Positions 19,106 to 28,418 of a stretch of DNA of 64,000 bases are shown here, piece by piece. The stretch comes from an uncultured Streptococcus sp. GTDB taxonomy: Bacteria > Bacillota > Bacilli > Lactobacillales > Aerococcaceae. Location: contig CAUQUY010000001.1 of assembly GCA_963521405.1 (NCBI GenBank), forward strand, positions 58,938 to 122,937. The letters run 5' to 3'. The translations under genes and the position numbers were made by a program. Positions within the stretch are counted from its first letter, which is position 1. Each line of letters starts with the position of its first letter. Under the pieces are notes generated by a model. The model was not told the origin of the DNA, did not search any database, and saw only the letters and a list, made by a program, of their open reading frames with translations.

Positions 19106-19792
19106 TCACGCAAACATATAGATGTTATGCGTTTTTCTTAATGTTTGTATTTGTTCTTTTAATTCTGGGGATAATAAATCAACAAGCTCATATCCCATCA
19201 TTTGGCTATCTTCTGTCATTTCCACTCGTTGTTTTGAAATGGTCACACCATGCTCCTGTAGTAAATTGTAGAGAACAGGCATTTCCCCGAGAGAAACCAC
19301 TTCAAGTAAAATCGGAAGCGGACCTGATAGTTCCATCTTAAAGCCATCCACCTCAATGTACTTCACTTCCACTGCTCCGCCACCAACAGAGGTCCCAATG
19401 AGGCGAATCGTACGTTTCTCATCGCTCAAGGTCAAATCCGCAGTATTGGCGTGATTCACAGGGCTTGGTTCTTTCCGCTCGACAAATTCAATATGCAACC
19501 CTTGGGATACCGCAATCTCAACGGCACGCGGCACGCGCTCATCATCTGTCGCAAAGCCTAAGATTCCGCTAATAATAGCAAAATCGGTCCCGTGTCCCTT
19601 ATGCGTTTCGGAGAATGACTCATAATAGTCGCATCTCACATTCTTTGGTGTGCCTCCGAATAATTGTCTTGCAAGAGCACCAATCGCAATCGCTCCAGCA
19701 GTATGTGAAGAAGAAGGGCCCACCATAATCGGACCAATAATATCAAAACAGCTCTTATAATTTTGTACTTTATTTCCTTCCATGTCGGCCAT
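19106..19792 (-). CDS. sdaAB: L-serine dehydratase, iron-sulfur-dependent, beta subunit
   Basis: 228 aa. An SDH_beta N-terminus (FDIIGPIMVGPSSSHTAGA) is followed by an ACT-like C-terminus. Confidence 0.88.
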   Translation of the reverse strand: MADMEGNKVQNYKSCFDIIGPIMVGPSSSHTAGAIAIGALARQLFGGTPKNVRCDYYESFSETHKGHGTDFAIISGILGFATDDERVPRAVEIAVSQGLHIEFVERKEPSPVNHANTADLTLSDEKRTIRLIGTSVGGGAVEVKYIEVDGFKMELSGPLPILLEVVSLGEMPVLYNLLQEHGVTISKQRVEMTEDSQMMGYELVDLLSPELKEQIQTLRKTHNIYMFA

Positions 19793-19838
19793 CCTTTCTT
19801 TGCCTTTCTATCGTATCAGTATCCGCCTTTAATGTAAA

Positions 19839-20609
19839 TTATTTTTGGCCGGCCACCCGTATAGCGTATGCATCGAGTAAGATTCGACTGATAACTTGTA
19901 GGGGCAGGCGCGAGCGTACTTCATAGTCTGGGAAATACGAACTTTCAGATTTATAGCCAACAAACGTGATATCACTGAGTCTTGCCAGAGGACTCGCTCC
20001 GTTTGCGGTCAGTAAAATAACGGGAACTTCATTTTGTTGACATACTCTTGCGGCTTCCACTAACTCTTCTGTATGGCCGTTCAATGAAATAATAATCGCC
20101 ACATCTTGGGGTTTTAAACGGTGACTAATCGTTCGGATAATATTTGGATCCACATACTGTTCACAAGTACGTTCTAAAAGGTGCAATTTAATTTCCATTT
20201 CACTGGCAATCATTTCGCTAAGTCCTCGAGAAAATAGATATACTCGTTGTGCCCCAAAAATCGCCTGCACAGCATCCTCAATAGTCTTACTATCTAGTTG
20301 CTCAATGGTTCTACGAACTTCTTGTTCATTTTTCACGACAACCGCTTGAATTTTTTTGTCAACAGCTTCCAAACTGTTGAAGGTTGATAACTCCTCGTTT
20401 GTAAAACGATATTGTTTCTTTAAATCATGTTTAAAACTCGTAAAACCGTCATATCCTAGTTTCTTCATGGTTCGCACAATAGACGCAGTAGAAACATTTG
20501 CATCCTGACTCAACTTCACGATGGAAATAGAAGGGATCTCTTCTAGATGTTCCTCGATATAAGCGAGTAGATATTTTTCCGTATTCGTTAAACCTTGCGT
20601 GTTGAACAT
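19839..20609 (-). CDS. MurR/RpiR-family transcriptional regulator (HTH + SIS)
   Basis: 256 aa. N-terminal HTH (SIVKLSQDANVSTASIVRTMKKLGYDGF) and a C-terminal SIS domain. Confidence 0.85.
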   Translation of the reverse strand: MFNTQGLTNTEKYLLAYIEEHLEEIPSISIVKLSQDANVSTASIVRTMKKLGYDGFTSFKHDLKKQYRFTNEELSTFNSLEAVDKKIQAVVVKNEQEVRRTIEQLDSKTIEDAVQAIFGAQRVYLFSRGLSEMIASEMEIKLHLLERTCEQYVDPNIIRTISHRLKPQDVAIIISLNGHTEELVEAARVCQQNEVPVILLTANGASPLARLSDITFVGYKSESSYFPDYEVRSRLPLQVISRILLDAYAIRVAGQK

Positions 20610-20718
20610 GCGAACTCCTCCATTTTGTAAAGATTTACAAATGTTAACCTCATTTTAGAAAACATTTACAACCTGACGTATGTAATAATAAGTATAGCAA
20701 AAAAAGCTTGGAGGTGAA

Positions 20719-21639
20719 ATGATGATTTATACGTGTACGATGAATTTAGCCATCGATTTGTTCATTAAAACTGCGCAAATGTTGCCGTCTGAAGTGAACC
20801 GAACCGACGAGGCTGTTTACATGCCAAACGGAAAAGGCGTAAACGTCAGCTTCATCTTAAAGGAACTCGGAATTGATAGCACCGCCACAGGTTTTAAAGC
20901 AGGTTTTACTGGCCAATTTATCGAGGAAGAACTGCAAAAGGCAGGCATCCAAACACAATTCGTTACGGTGGACGGAATTACTCGTATCAATGTTTTCACG
21001 CAAGTCGTGGACACAAACGAAGAATTCAAACTCGTTAACCAAGGTCCAAGTGTTACACCCGATCAAGAAGCTTCTCTTCTAGCCATCGTGGAAAACATGA
21101 ATGCCGACGATATTTTGTTTGTTTCTGGAAGTCATCCTGAAGGCATCACGCGTGCCACTTACGAGAACATCGCAAAAGCGTCCGAAGAACGTGGCTTTAA
21201 GTTTATTCTCGACACTTCCGCTCATTTTGTACCGGAACTATTGGGTTACAAACCATATCTCATCAAACCAAACGACGAAGAATTAGCCGAATGGTTTGGA
21301 TTGAAAGACATTAGCCTTGAGGAAATTAAGGACTGCGGTCGTAAACTCCTCGAACAAGGTGCTCAAAACGTCATCGTTTCTTTAGGAGACAAGGGAGCCA
21401 TTCTCTTTACACCAGACGAAACGATTCATGTCACTGCACCAGATGGCGAAGTTGTCAATACTGCCTGTGCAGGAGATACACTACTTGCGACCTTCGTTGG
21501 AAGCAAGTTGCAAGGTTTATCCGATGAAGAAGCACTAATCAAAGCCGTCGCAGCGGGAAGCTCAACCGCATTTAGACCTGGTTTGACAGACTTCAAGGAT
21601 GTTCCTACATTAATGCAACAAATCAAACGAGTATCCTAA
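20719..21639 (+). CDS. PfkB-family hexose-phosphate kinase (1-phosphofructokinase / tagatose-6-phosphate kinase type)
   Basis: 306 aa with the motifs GKGVNVS and NTACAGDTLLA. Located directly upstream of the fructose-type PTS genes. Confidence 0.85.
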   Translation: MMIYTCTMNLAIDLFIKTAQMLPSEVNRTDEAVYMPNGKGVNVSFILKELGIDSTATGFKAGFTGQFIEEELQKAGIQTQFVTVDGITRINVFTQVVDTNEEFKLVNQGPSVTPDQEASLLAIVENMNADDILFVSGSHPEGITRATYENIAKASEERGFKFILDTSAHFVPELLGYKPYLIKPNDEELAEWFGLKDISLEEIKDCGRKLLEQGAQNVIVSLGDKGAILFTPDETIHVTAPDGEVVNTACAGDTLLATFVGSKLQGLSDEEALIKAVAAGSSTAFRPGLTDFKDVPTLMQQIKRVS

Positions 21640-21665
21640 CTCGGAAAAATAAAGGAGGAAAAATA

Positions 21666-23069
21666 ATGACAAAATATGATATTATCGCTGCCACTGGGTG
21701 TCCAACAGGAATTGCGCACACTTACATGGCACAAGAAGCTCTTGAGCAAGCAGCTAAAAAAGCAGGAGTATCGATTAAAGTGGAAACACACGGACAAATC
21801 GGTATCGAAAACGAACTTACTCCAGAAGAAATTGCAAACGCAAAAGCAGTCATCATCGCTGCTGACAAGGATGTTCAGCCACAACGTTTCGTAAACAAAA
21901 AGATTATCGACGTTTCAGTTGGACAAGGAATTAAAAATGCCGACGAATTAGTAGCACAAGCTCTTCGTGGAGAAGGCGTTGTGAAATACCACTCTGACGA
22001 TGCAGCTGTTGAATCTTCACAAGCTCCACAATCTTCTAACGTTGGCAAAAGTTCTATCGGTCGTGAAATCTATAAACACTTGATGAACGGGGTATCTCAC
22101 ATGCTTCCATTCGTTGTTGGTGGTGGGGTGCTTATCGCGATTTCATTTGCCGTATTCGGAATTTACTCATTTGATCCAAATCACGAAACATATAATGCCT
22201 TTTCTGCTCAATTGAAAGAAATTGGTGGTTTAGCAATGGGCTTAATGACTCCAGTTCTAGCAGCCTATATTGCACAAAGTATTGGGAACCGTCCAGCATT
22301 AGTGAGCGGTTTTGTTGCAGGTTTAATGGCAAGTAACGGGGGTGCAGGATTCCTTGGCGGTATCGTCGGTGGTTTCTTCGCAGGTTACTTAGTTGTATTC
22401 TTGGAAAAATTATTTAAAGGACTTCCTAAAACATTAGATGGTCTTAAAGCTATTTTCTTATATCCATTATTAGGTGTATTCATTACTGGTTTATTTATGA
22501 GCGTTATTGTAAGTCCGATGGCTGGTATTAACCAATCATTAATGGACTTCCTAAAAGGATTCCAAGATTCAAACCCTGTTCTTCTTGGTCTTGTTATCGG
22601 ATGTATGTGTGCCTTTGATATGGGTGGCCCAGTGAACAAAGCTGCATATGTTACAGGTACAGTTCTTCTTGGTGAAGGAAATACAGCATTCATGGCTGGG
22701 GTTTCTGCAGCATGTATCGCTCCTCCACTTATCACAACCGTTGCCGTATTATTATTCAAAAACCGTTTCGATACAAACGAACGTAATGCTGGTTTAGTCA
22801 ACTTCATCTTAGGTTCAACTCACATTACTGAAGGGGCTATTCCTTTCGTTGCCAAAGATCCACTTCGCGCAATGCCTTCAATGATGTTAGGTTCTTCAAT
22901 CGCTGCAATCTTAACTTACTTATTCGGCGTACAAGTACCTGCTCCTCACGGTGGTTTCTTAGTATTACCAGTTGTAACACATCCATTCTTATGGGTATTA
23001 GCCATTGCAATTGGTTCTGTTGTCGGCGGTCTTGTTCTTGGAGCAACTCGTAAACCACTTTCTGAATAA
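21666..23069 (+). CDS. PTS fructose-family transporter subunit IIBC
   Basis: 467 aa. N-terminal IIB(Fru) with the motif TGCPTGIAHTYMA, then a multi-TM IIC domain. Confidence 0.9.
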   Translation: MTKYDIIAATGCPTGIAHTYMAQEALEQAAKKAGVSIKVETHGQIGIENELTPEEIANAKAVIIAADKDVQPQRFVNKKIIDVSVGQGIKNADELVAQALRGEGVVKYHSDDAAVESSQAPQSSNVGKSSIGREIYKHLMNGVSHMLPFVVGGGVLIAISFAVFGIYSFDPNHETYNAFSAQLKEIGGLAMGLMTPVLAAYIAQSIGNRPALVSGFVAGLMASNGGAGFLGGIVGGFFAGYLVVFLEKLFKGLPKTLDGLKAIFLYPLLGVFITGLFMSVIVSPMAGINQSLMDFLKGFQDSNPVLLGLVIGCMCAFDMGGPVNKAAYVTGTVLLGEGNTAFMAGVSAACIAPPLITTVAVLLFKNRFDTNERNAGLVNFILGSTHITEGAIPFVAKDPLRAMPSMMLGSSIAAILTYLFGVQVPAPHGGFLVLPVVTHPFLWVLAIAIGSVVGGLVLGATRKPLSE

Positions 23070-23101
23070 TTGACTTTTAGAAAGAACTTAGGAGGTTGAA
23101 A

Positions 23102-23551
23102 ATGTTAATTAGTAAAGAATCTATTTTCTTAAATGAAAACCTTACTTCTCAAGAAGAAGTGTTTCACTTCATCGCACAAAAAGCTGTAGTACTAGGTGTT
23201 TCAGCAGACGAAAATGCCGTGTACAACGGACTTGTAGAACGTGAACAACAAGGGACAACCGGAATGATGGACGGATTTGCGATTCCACATGCGAAATCAA
23301 GTGCCATCACGACTCCAAAAATCGTCATTGTTCGTCTTAGTGATGGAATTGACTGGAACAGCATGGATGGAAAACCAACTTCATTCATCTTCAGCTTATT
23401 AATTCCAGATGGCGAAGCCGGAACAACTCACCTTAAATTATTAGCAACCGTAGCTCGCATGCTCATGAAAGCTGATGTCAAAGAAGCTTTATTAGGCGCT
23501 ACAACTGCTGAACAACTTGAAGAAGTATTAAATAGTCATTTAGCAGGCTAA
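23102..23551 (+). CDS. PTS fructose/mannitol-family subunit IIA
   Basis: ORF track 23096..23551. The ATG at 23102 follows an AGGAGG RBS. Contains the phosphorylatable His context GFAIPHAK. Confidence 0.88.
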   Translation: MLISKESIFLNENLTSQEEVFHFIAQKAVVLGVSADENAVYNGLVEREQQGTTGMMDGFAIPHAKSSAITTPKIVIVRLSDGIDWNSMDGKPTSFIFSLLIPDGEAGTTHLKLLATVARMLMKADVKEALLGATTAEQLEEVLNSHLAG

Positions 23552-23559
23552 CCTATCGC

Positions 23560-23601
23560 CAGGAGAGAAAGCTCAAAAATATTCTCTCCTGGTATTTTTA
23601 T
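23560..23601 (+). terminator. rho-independent terminator of the PTS operon
   Basis: CCAGGAGAGAAAGCTCAAAAATATTCTCTCCTGG followed by TATTTTTA. Confidence 0.8.
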
Positions 23602-23662
23602 TTCATTCCCCAAAAATTCGGTTGAAACTCCGCATAATCTCCCTATTTTTCGCCAAACGCTA

Positions 23663-23715
23663 TTGACGAATGCACTAAAAAATCTTACAATGGTATTAAC
23701 TGGTAGTGACCAGTT
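23663..23715 (+). promoter_or_regulatory. sigma-A-type promoter plus NagR/DasR-like (GntR/HutC) palindromic operator
   Basis: TTGACG (23663-68), a 17-nt spacer, then TACAAT (23686-91). This is immediately followed by the inverted repeat AACTGGTAGTGACCAGTT (23698-23715), which resembles dre sites (ACTGGTCTAGACCACT). Confidence 0.6.
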
Positions 23716-23747
23716 GTGGAAGAGTTTTTACGAAAGGAGGAACCGAT

Positions 23748-24476
23748 ATGGTAGCCAAACCTTCTCCACTTTACTCAACACTGAGTCTAGCGTTGATCGA
23801 CTTCATTAAGACCAAGGGAAAAGCACACGAAAAAATGCTTTCGGAGCGCGAAATTACAAAGGTCTACAATGTCAGTCGCACCACCGTTCGAACAGCGTTG
23901 AAGGAATTGGAGACGCTTGGATATATTTATAAGCGTCATGGAAAAGGCACGTTCATTTCAACGCAATGGAAAGAACGCCAAAACTTGCTGGAAGGCTACA
24001 GTTTCACGGAACAGATGAAGGAACTCGGCAAAGTTCCTTCCACGAAAATTACTTCGCTGGATTGTTACGAAGCCGATGAATTTATCGCTCCACTCGTTGG
24101 AATCGAAGCTGGCGACAAGCTCTTTCGTCTGAAACGCATTCGGTATGCAGATGGCATTCCACTCATGAAAGAAACAACTTTCTTACCATACGATGTCTTC
24201 AAAACCTTAACGAAGACGCAGTTAGAAGGTCAATCTTTATATGAAGTGTTTGCAAATGATTTTCATCAGCAAATCCACTACGCCGACGAAGAATTCTCAG
24301 CGAGCATTCTCTTGCCGGAAGAAGCGGAAGTCTTGGATGTGGATCCGCACAGCGCTTGTTTACGGTTTATGCGAACCACATTAAATCCTGAAAATCGCAT
24401 CATCGAATATACGATTAGTGTTGCCAGAAGCGACCAATTCTTCTACAAAGTAAGACACTATCGCACAAACAACTAA
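23748..24476 (+). CDS. GntR/HutC-family transcriptional regulator (UTRA domain; AgaR/NagR-like)
   Basis: ORF track 23706..24476, trimmed to MVAKPSPLY at 23748 (GGAGG RBS). Has the HTH LSEREITKVYNVSRTTVRTALKELE. Confidence 0.85.
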   Translation: MVAKPSPLYSTLSLALIDFIKTKGKAHEKMLSEREITKVYNVSRTTVRTALKELETLGYIYKRHGKGTFISTQWKERQNLLEGYSFTEQMKELGKVPSTKITSLDCYEADEFIAPLVGIEAGDKLFRLKRIRYADGIPLMKETTFLPYDVFKTLTKTQLEGQSLYEVFANDFHQQIHYADEEFSASILLPEEAEVLDVDPHSACLRFMRTTLNPENRIIEYTISVARSDQFFYKVRHYRTNN

Positions 24477-24496
24477 AAAAATATTTGGAGGGTATT

Positions 24497-25663
24497 ATGT
24501 TTCAATTTTCAACTAGTCAATTAGAAGCGTTATCTGCAGAAATTACAACGCGCGAAATTCGCCAACAACCAGAATTGTGGAAAGAAGCTTTTGATTACTA
24601 CAAAGCAAACTTAGAACGCATCACTGCTTTCTTAGACCGTTTACCAGAAGGAAAACTTCGCGTGATTTTCGCAGGTGCGGGTACATCACAATATGTGGGA
24701 GATACAATTCTTCCTTACTTAAAACGTACGGGAAATGAGGACCGTTTTGATTTCCAATCGGTCGGAACAACAAACCTTGTAAGTAATCCTCATGACTACT
24801 TCAAAGCAGAAATTCCTACAGTGCTTGTTTCATTTGCACGTAGCGGGAACTCACCAGAAAGTCTTGCCAGTGTGCAACTTGGCAAACAAATCGTGCGCGA
24901 ATTCTATCAAATCACCATCACTTGTGCGCCAGAAGGAAAATTAGCCATTGCTGCTAAAGACGACACAAACAACTTACTCTTAATGATGCCAGACCGCTCT
25001 AACGACGCTGGTTTTGCGATGACAGGAAGCTTCACATGTATGACTCTTACAGCGCTTCTTGTATTCGACGAAGCACACTCACTTGAAGAAAAAGAAGGCT
25101 TCGTGAAAGCCATCCGTCAAATGGGTACAAGCGTCCTCGAACGTGAAGACGTGATTCAACATTACGTGAACTTAGACTACAACCGTGTGATTTACTTAGG
25201 TTCTGGTTCACTCAGCGGCCTTACTCGCGAAGTTCAATTGAAGATTCTTGAATTGACTGCTGGACAAATCGCAACAGCATTCGATTCTTCAATGGGATTC
25301 CGTCACGGTCCTAAATCATTTGTAAACGGCTCTTCTCTAGCCTTCGTATTCGTATCGAACGACGACTATACACGTCAATACGACATCGACATCTTAAACG
25401 AATTACACGGCGACCAAATTGCACGCCTTGTTCTTGCGGTTGGAGTGGATGCAGAAAGTGACTTTGAAGGTCTCTCATTCAACTTCGATAAAGAATATCG
25501 TTTCGTTCCAGATGCTTACCTTGCACTTCCATGTGCAATATTTGGACAAACGGTTGCTCTACTTTCTTCTATCAAAGTTGGAAACAAACCAGATACCCCT
25601 TCACCAACAGGTACTGTGAACCGTGTCGTTAAAGGAGTAACGATTCACCCATTAGAAGCATAA
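24497..25663 (+). CDS. agaS: SIS-domain sugar isomerase/deaminase AgaS (galactosamine-6-phosphate to tagatose-6-phosphate)
   Basis: ORF track 24485..25663, start at MFQFSTSQ (24497). Double SIS architecture with the motifs GAGTSQYVG and FARSGNSPES. Confidence 0.8.
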   Translation: MFQFSTSQLEALSAEITTREIRQQPELWKEAFDYYKANLERITAFLDRLPEGKLRVIFAGAGTSQYVGDTILPYLKRTGNEDRFDFQSVGTTNLVSNPHDYFKAEIPTVLVSFARSGNSPESLASVQLGKQIVREFYQITITCAPEGKLAIAAKDDTNNLLLMMPDRSNDAGFAMTGSFTCMTLTALLVFDEAHSLEEKEGFVKAIRQMGTSVLEREDVIQHYVNLDYNRVIYLGSGSLSGLTREVQLKILELTAGQIATAFDSSMGFRHGPKSFVNGSSLAFVFVSNDDYTRQYDIDILNELHGDQIARLVLAVGVDAESDFEGLSFNFDKEYRFVPDAYLALPCAIFGQTVALLSSIKVGNKPDTPSPTGTVNRVVKGVTIHPLEA

Positions 25664-25690
25664 ATAACTTTATTGAAAAGAGATGATCCT

Positions 25691-26845
25691 ATGACAACTT
25701 ATATTTATGCCAAAGCATTTTATTTCGAAGACGAAGTGAAAGGCCCAGGGTACTTACCAATCTTAGACAATGGGACTTTCGGAGCCTTTCAAACTGAAAA
25801 ACCAGAAAGCGGCGCTACTGTAATCGACTACGGCAACTATCAAATTGCCCCAGGTCTTGTAGATACACATATTCATGGATTCAAAGGCGCTGACGTCATG
25901 GATAACGACGTAGAAGCACTTCGTACCATTTCAGAAGGACTTCCTTCCTGCGGGGTTACTTCTTACTTACCAACAACCTTAACCGCATCTCGCGAATTAT
26001 TAGCGGATGTTTGCCAAACAGTCGGCGATAACGCCACAACACTTGGCGGCGCTAAAATCAGAGGGATTTTCCTAGAAGGTCCATTCTTTAGCGAAAAATA
26101 CAAAGGCGCGCAAAACCCTAAATACATGGGCGACCCTAAATCTGAAATCTTGGATGAATGGCAAGAACGCGCTGGCGGTTGGGTGAAGAAAATCGCGATT
26201 GCGCCAGAACGTGAGGGTGCTGTTGATTTCATCAAACACGCGAAAACAAAAGACATCTATGTCGCTCTTGCACATACAGATGCCACTTACGAAGATTGTA
26301 AAAACGCCGTTGAAGCCGGTGCGAATATCTTCGTTCACACTTACAACGGAATGCGCGGCTTACATCACCGCGAACCAGGTGTTGTCGGCGCGGCACTCAC
26401 ATTGCCAAACGTATTCGACGAACTCATCTGCGACGGTCACCACGTCCACCCAGTGAGCGCAAGTATCGTGATGAAATGTTGCGGTCACGACCATGTAGCC
26501 CTTATTACAGACTGCATGCGTGCTGGCGGTATGGGCGAATGCGAATCGATGCTTGGAGAATTCCCTGTTATCGTAAAAGACGGTACGGCTCGCTTGAGGG
26601 ACGGCGGTAGCCTTGCAGGAAGCATCCTAGAACTCATCCAAGGGGTTCAAAACGTTGTAAAATGGGGCATTGCGACTCCACACGAAGCTCTTACAATGGC
26701 CAGCCTTGTTCCTGCAAAATCAGTCGGTATCGACGACGTTTGCGGACGCATCGACCCAGGGTACGCAGCGGACTTCATCGTATTAGACGATGATTTACAA
26801 CTCAAAGCGACTTACTTAGACGGTAAGTCCTATTTCGAAGCTTAA
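25691..26845 (+). CDS. nagA: N-acetylglucosamine/galactosamine-6-phosphate deacetylase
   Basis: ORF track 25673..26845, start at MTTYIYAK (25691). Amidohydrolase motifs VDTHIHG and HTYNGM. Confidence 0.88.
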   Translation: MTTYIYAKAFYFEDEVKGPGYLPILDNGTFGAFQTEKPESGATVIDYGNYQIAPGLVDTHIHGFKGADVMDNDVEALRTISEGLPSCGVTSYLPTTLTASRELLADVCQTVGDNATTLGGAKIRGIFLEGPFFSEKYKGAQNPKYMGDPKSEILDEWQERAGGWVKKIAIAPEREGAVDFIKHAKTKDIYVALAHTDATYEDCKNAVEAGANIFVHTYNGMRGLHHREPGVVGAALTLPNVFDELICDGHHVHPVSASIVMKCCGHDHVALITDCMRAGGMGECESMLGEFPVIVKDGTARLRDGGSLAGSILELIQGVQNVVKWGIATPHEALTMASLVPAKSVGIDDVCGRIDPGYAADFIVLDDDLQLKATYLDGKSYFEA

Positions 26846-26875
26846 TAAAATAAAAACCACTAAAGGAGTGTTATT

Positions 26876-27880
26876 ATGTCAAAATTAGTATTAACAAAAG
26901 GAAAATATGATCACTTAGTCAAACTTTCAAACAAAAACCATGTCATCGGTGCTTTAGCGATTGACCAACGTGGTTCATTGAAAAAAATGATTGCTGCGGG
27001 AAACCCAAACGTTAAAGGTGACGAAGGCATCATCCGCTTCAAAGAATTAATTTCTGAAGAATTAACAAAATACTCTTCTTCAATTCTTTTAGACCCAGAA
27101 TATGGTCTTCCAGCTGCGAAATTACGCCACGAAGACTGCGGACTTTTAATCTCTTACGAAAAAACTGGTTACGACGCAACTGAAATCGGCCGCTTACCAG
27201 ACTTACTTCCAATCTGGTCTGCAAAACGTATTAAAGAATTAGGCGCTGACGCTGTTAAAGTTCTTTTATACTATGATATTGACGAAGATCCAGCCATCAA
27301 CGACATCAAACATGCATGGGTAGAACGTGTTGGTAGCGAATGTGTGGCAGAAGATATTCCATTCTTCTTAGAAATCGTTTCTTACGAAGCAAGTGACGAC
27401 GATGTGAAATCAGCTGCTTACGCTAAAGTTAAACCTCATAAAGTAAACGACGCAATGAAAGTCTTCTCTGACCCACGTTACAACGTTGACGTATTAAAAG
27501 TGGAAGTTCCAGTAAACATGAACTTCGTAGAAGGCTTCACTAAAGAAGGCGTTGAACCTGTTTACACTCGCGAAGAAGCATTACGTTTATTCAAAGAACA
27601 ATCTGAAATCACTGATCTACCATTCATCTTCTTAAGTGCTGGTGTTTCTGCTGAATTATTCCAAGAAACTCTACGCTTTGCTAAAGAAGCTGGTTCTACT
27701 TTCAATGGTGTGTTATGTGGTCGTGCAACATGGAAAGATTCTGTAGCAGTGTTTGCGACTGAAGGGGAAGAAGCTGGTCGTGCGTGGTTGGCAAATCAAG
27801 GACGTAAGAATATCGAGGACCTTAATGTTGTTCTAGATGAAACTGCAACTCCATGGTTAGATCGTGTTGAAGTAAAATAA
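26876..27880 (+). CDS. lacD: tagatose-1,6-bisphosphate aldolase (class I, LacD type)
   Basis: 334 aa. The N-terminus [30 protein letters not shown] is typical of LacD. Confidence 0.88.
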   Translation: MSKLVLTKGKYDHLVKLSNKNHVIGALAIDQRGSLKKMIAAGNPNVKGDEGIIRFKELISEELTKYSSSILLDPEYGLPAAKLRHEDCGLLISYEKTGYDATEIGRLPDLLPIWSAKRIKELGADAVKVLLYYDIDEDPAINDIKHAWVERVGSECVAEDIPFFLEIVSYEASDDDVKSAAYAKVKPHKVNDAMKVFSDPRYNVDVLKVEVPVNMNFVEGFTKEGVEPVYTREEALRLFKEQSEITDLPFIFLSAGVSAELFQETLRFAKEAGSTFNGVLCGRATWKDSVAVFATEGEEAGRAWLANQGRKNIEDLNVVLDETATPWLDRVEVK

Positions 27881-27939
27881 TTACATTATTAGTAAAGAGC
27901 GTTGCTCTTAAACACCTGATGTCTGCTGTGTTTTCTTTA

Positions 27940-28070
27940 AATCCTTGCGGATATCTTCATAGTAATAGTGATGAGGCTTTAAAGGGGACGTACGGAATTT
28001 TATTCCTACGTCCCCTATTTCATTTTAATGCAAACTCCCATCACTATTACTATAGAATCCGCAAGATTCT
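27940..28070. repeat. type-1 long-hairpin repeat, short variant (copy C)
   Basis: The arms AATCCTTGCGGATATCTTCATAGTAATAGTGATGAG and CTCCCATCACTATTACTATAGAATCCGCAAGATTC are complementary. The inner hairpin is AGGGGACGTA...TACGTCCCCT. Confidence 0.75.
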
Positions 28071-28156
28071 CCGAAACCACAATAGGTGTTGTTCGCAACG
28101 CTCTACTTTTTTTCTTTTTCTAACCGTGGATTGCAGAGGAAGGGTGAGAGAAGACA

Positions 28157-28193
28157 CAAAAAAAGGCTGGGCGAAAATCGCTCAGCCTTTTTG
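28157..28193. terminator. bidirectional terminator hairpin (lacD / copZ convergent)
   Basis: AAAAAAAGGCTGGGCGAAAATCGCTCAGCCTTTTT. Confidence 0.75.
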
Positions 28194-28200
28194 GGGTTGA

Positions 28201-28398
28201 TTATTTTTTGATGCTGTATTTTGTGCCTTCGAGGGATGCTTGTAATGCGTCTACGCTTGCGTCTCCTTCGACTGTAGCTACTTTGTTTTCTAAGCTGACT
28301 TCAACGTTTGTCACGCCTGGGACGTTTGAGAAGCGTTCTTTCACTGTGTTGGCACATCCTGCGCATTTAATTCCTTCTAAATTGTATTCTTTTTTCAT
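28201..28398 (-). CDS. copZ: copper chaperone CopZ (HMA domain)
   Basis: ORF track 28201..28548, trimmed to MKKEYNLEGIKCAGCANTV at 28398. 65 aa with a CxxC metal site. Confidence 0.85.
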   Translation of the reverse strand: MKKEYNLEGIKCAGCANTVKERFSNVPGVTNVEVSLENKVATVEGDASVDALQASLEGTKYSIKK

Positions 28399-28418
28399 AA
28401 TAAATCTCTCCTTTATAG

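Noticed and set aside
18252-19121. 289-aa ORF on the + strand, antisense to sdaAA
   Set aside because: It lies entirely inside a well-supported gene on the other strand. The translation is low-complexity Ala/Pro/Ser-rich with no RBS, which is typical of a shadow ORF opposite a Gly/Ala-rich gene.
21636-21884. 82-aa minus-strand ORF overlapping the start of the PTS IIBC gene, and the 68-aa ORF at 55019..55225
   Set aside because: They overlap strongly supported genes, are Cys/Phe-rich or otherwise unnatural in sequence, and have no RBS.
27919-28200. ORF-track peptides lying across repeat elements (27919..28200, 35921..36199, 31550..31960, 48330..48704, 40037..40282)
   Set aside because: They are read through type-1 or type-2 repeats in arbitrary frames, lack an RBS, and their 'conservation' is explained by the DNA repeats.
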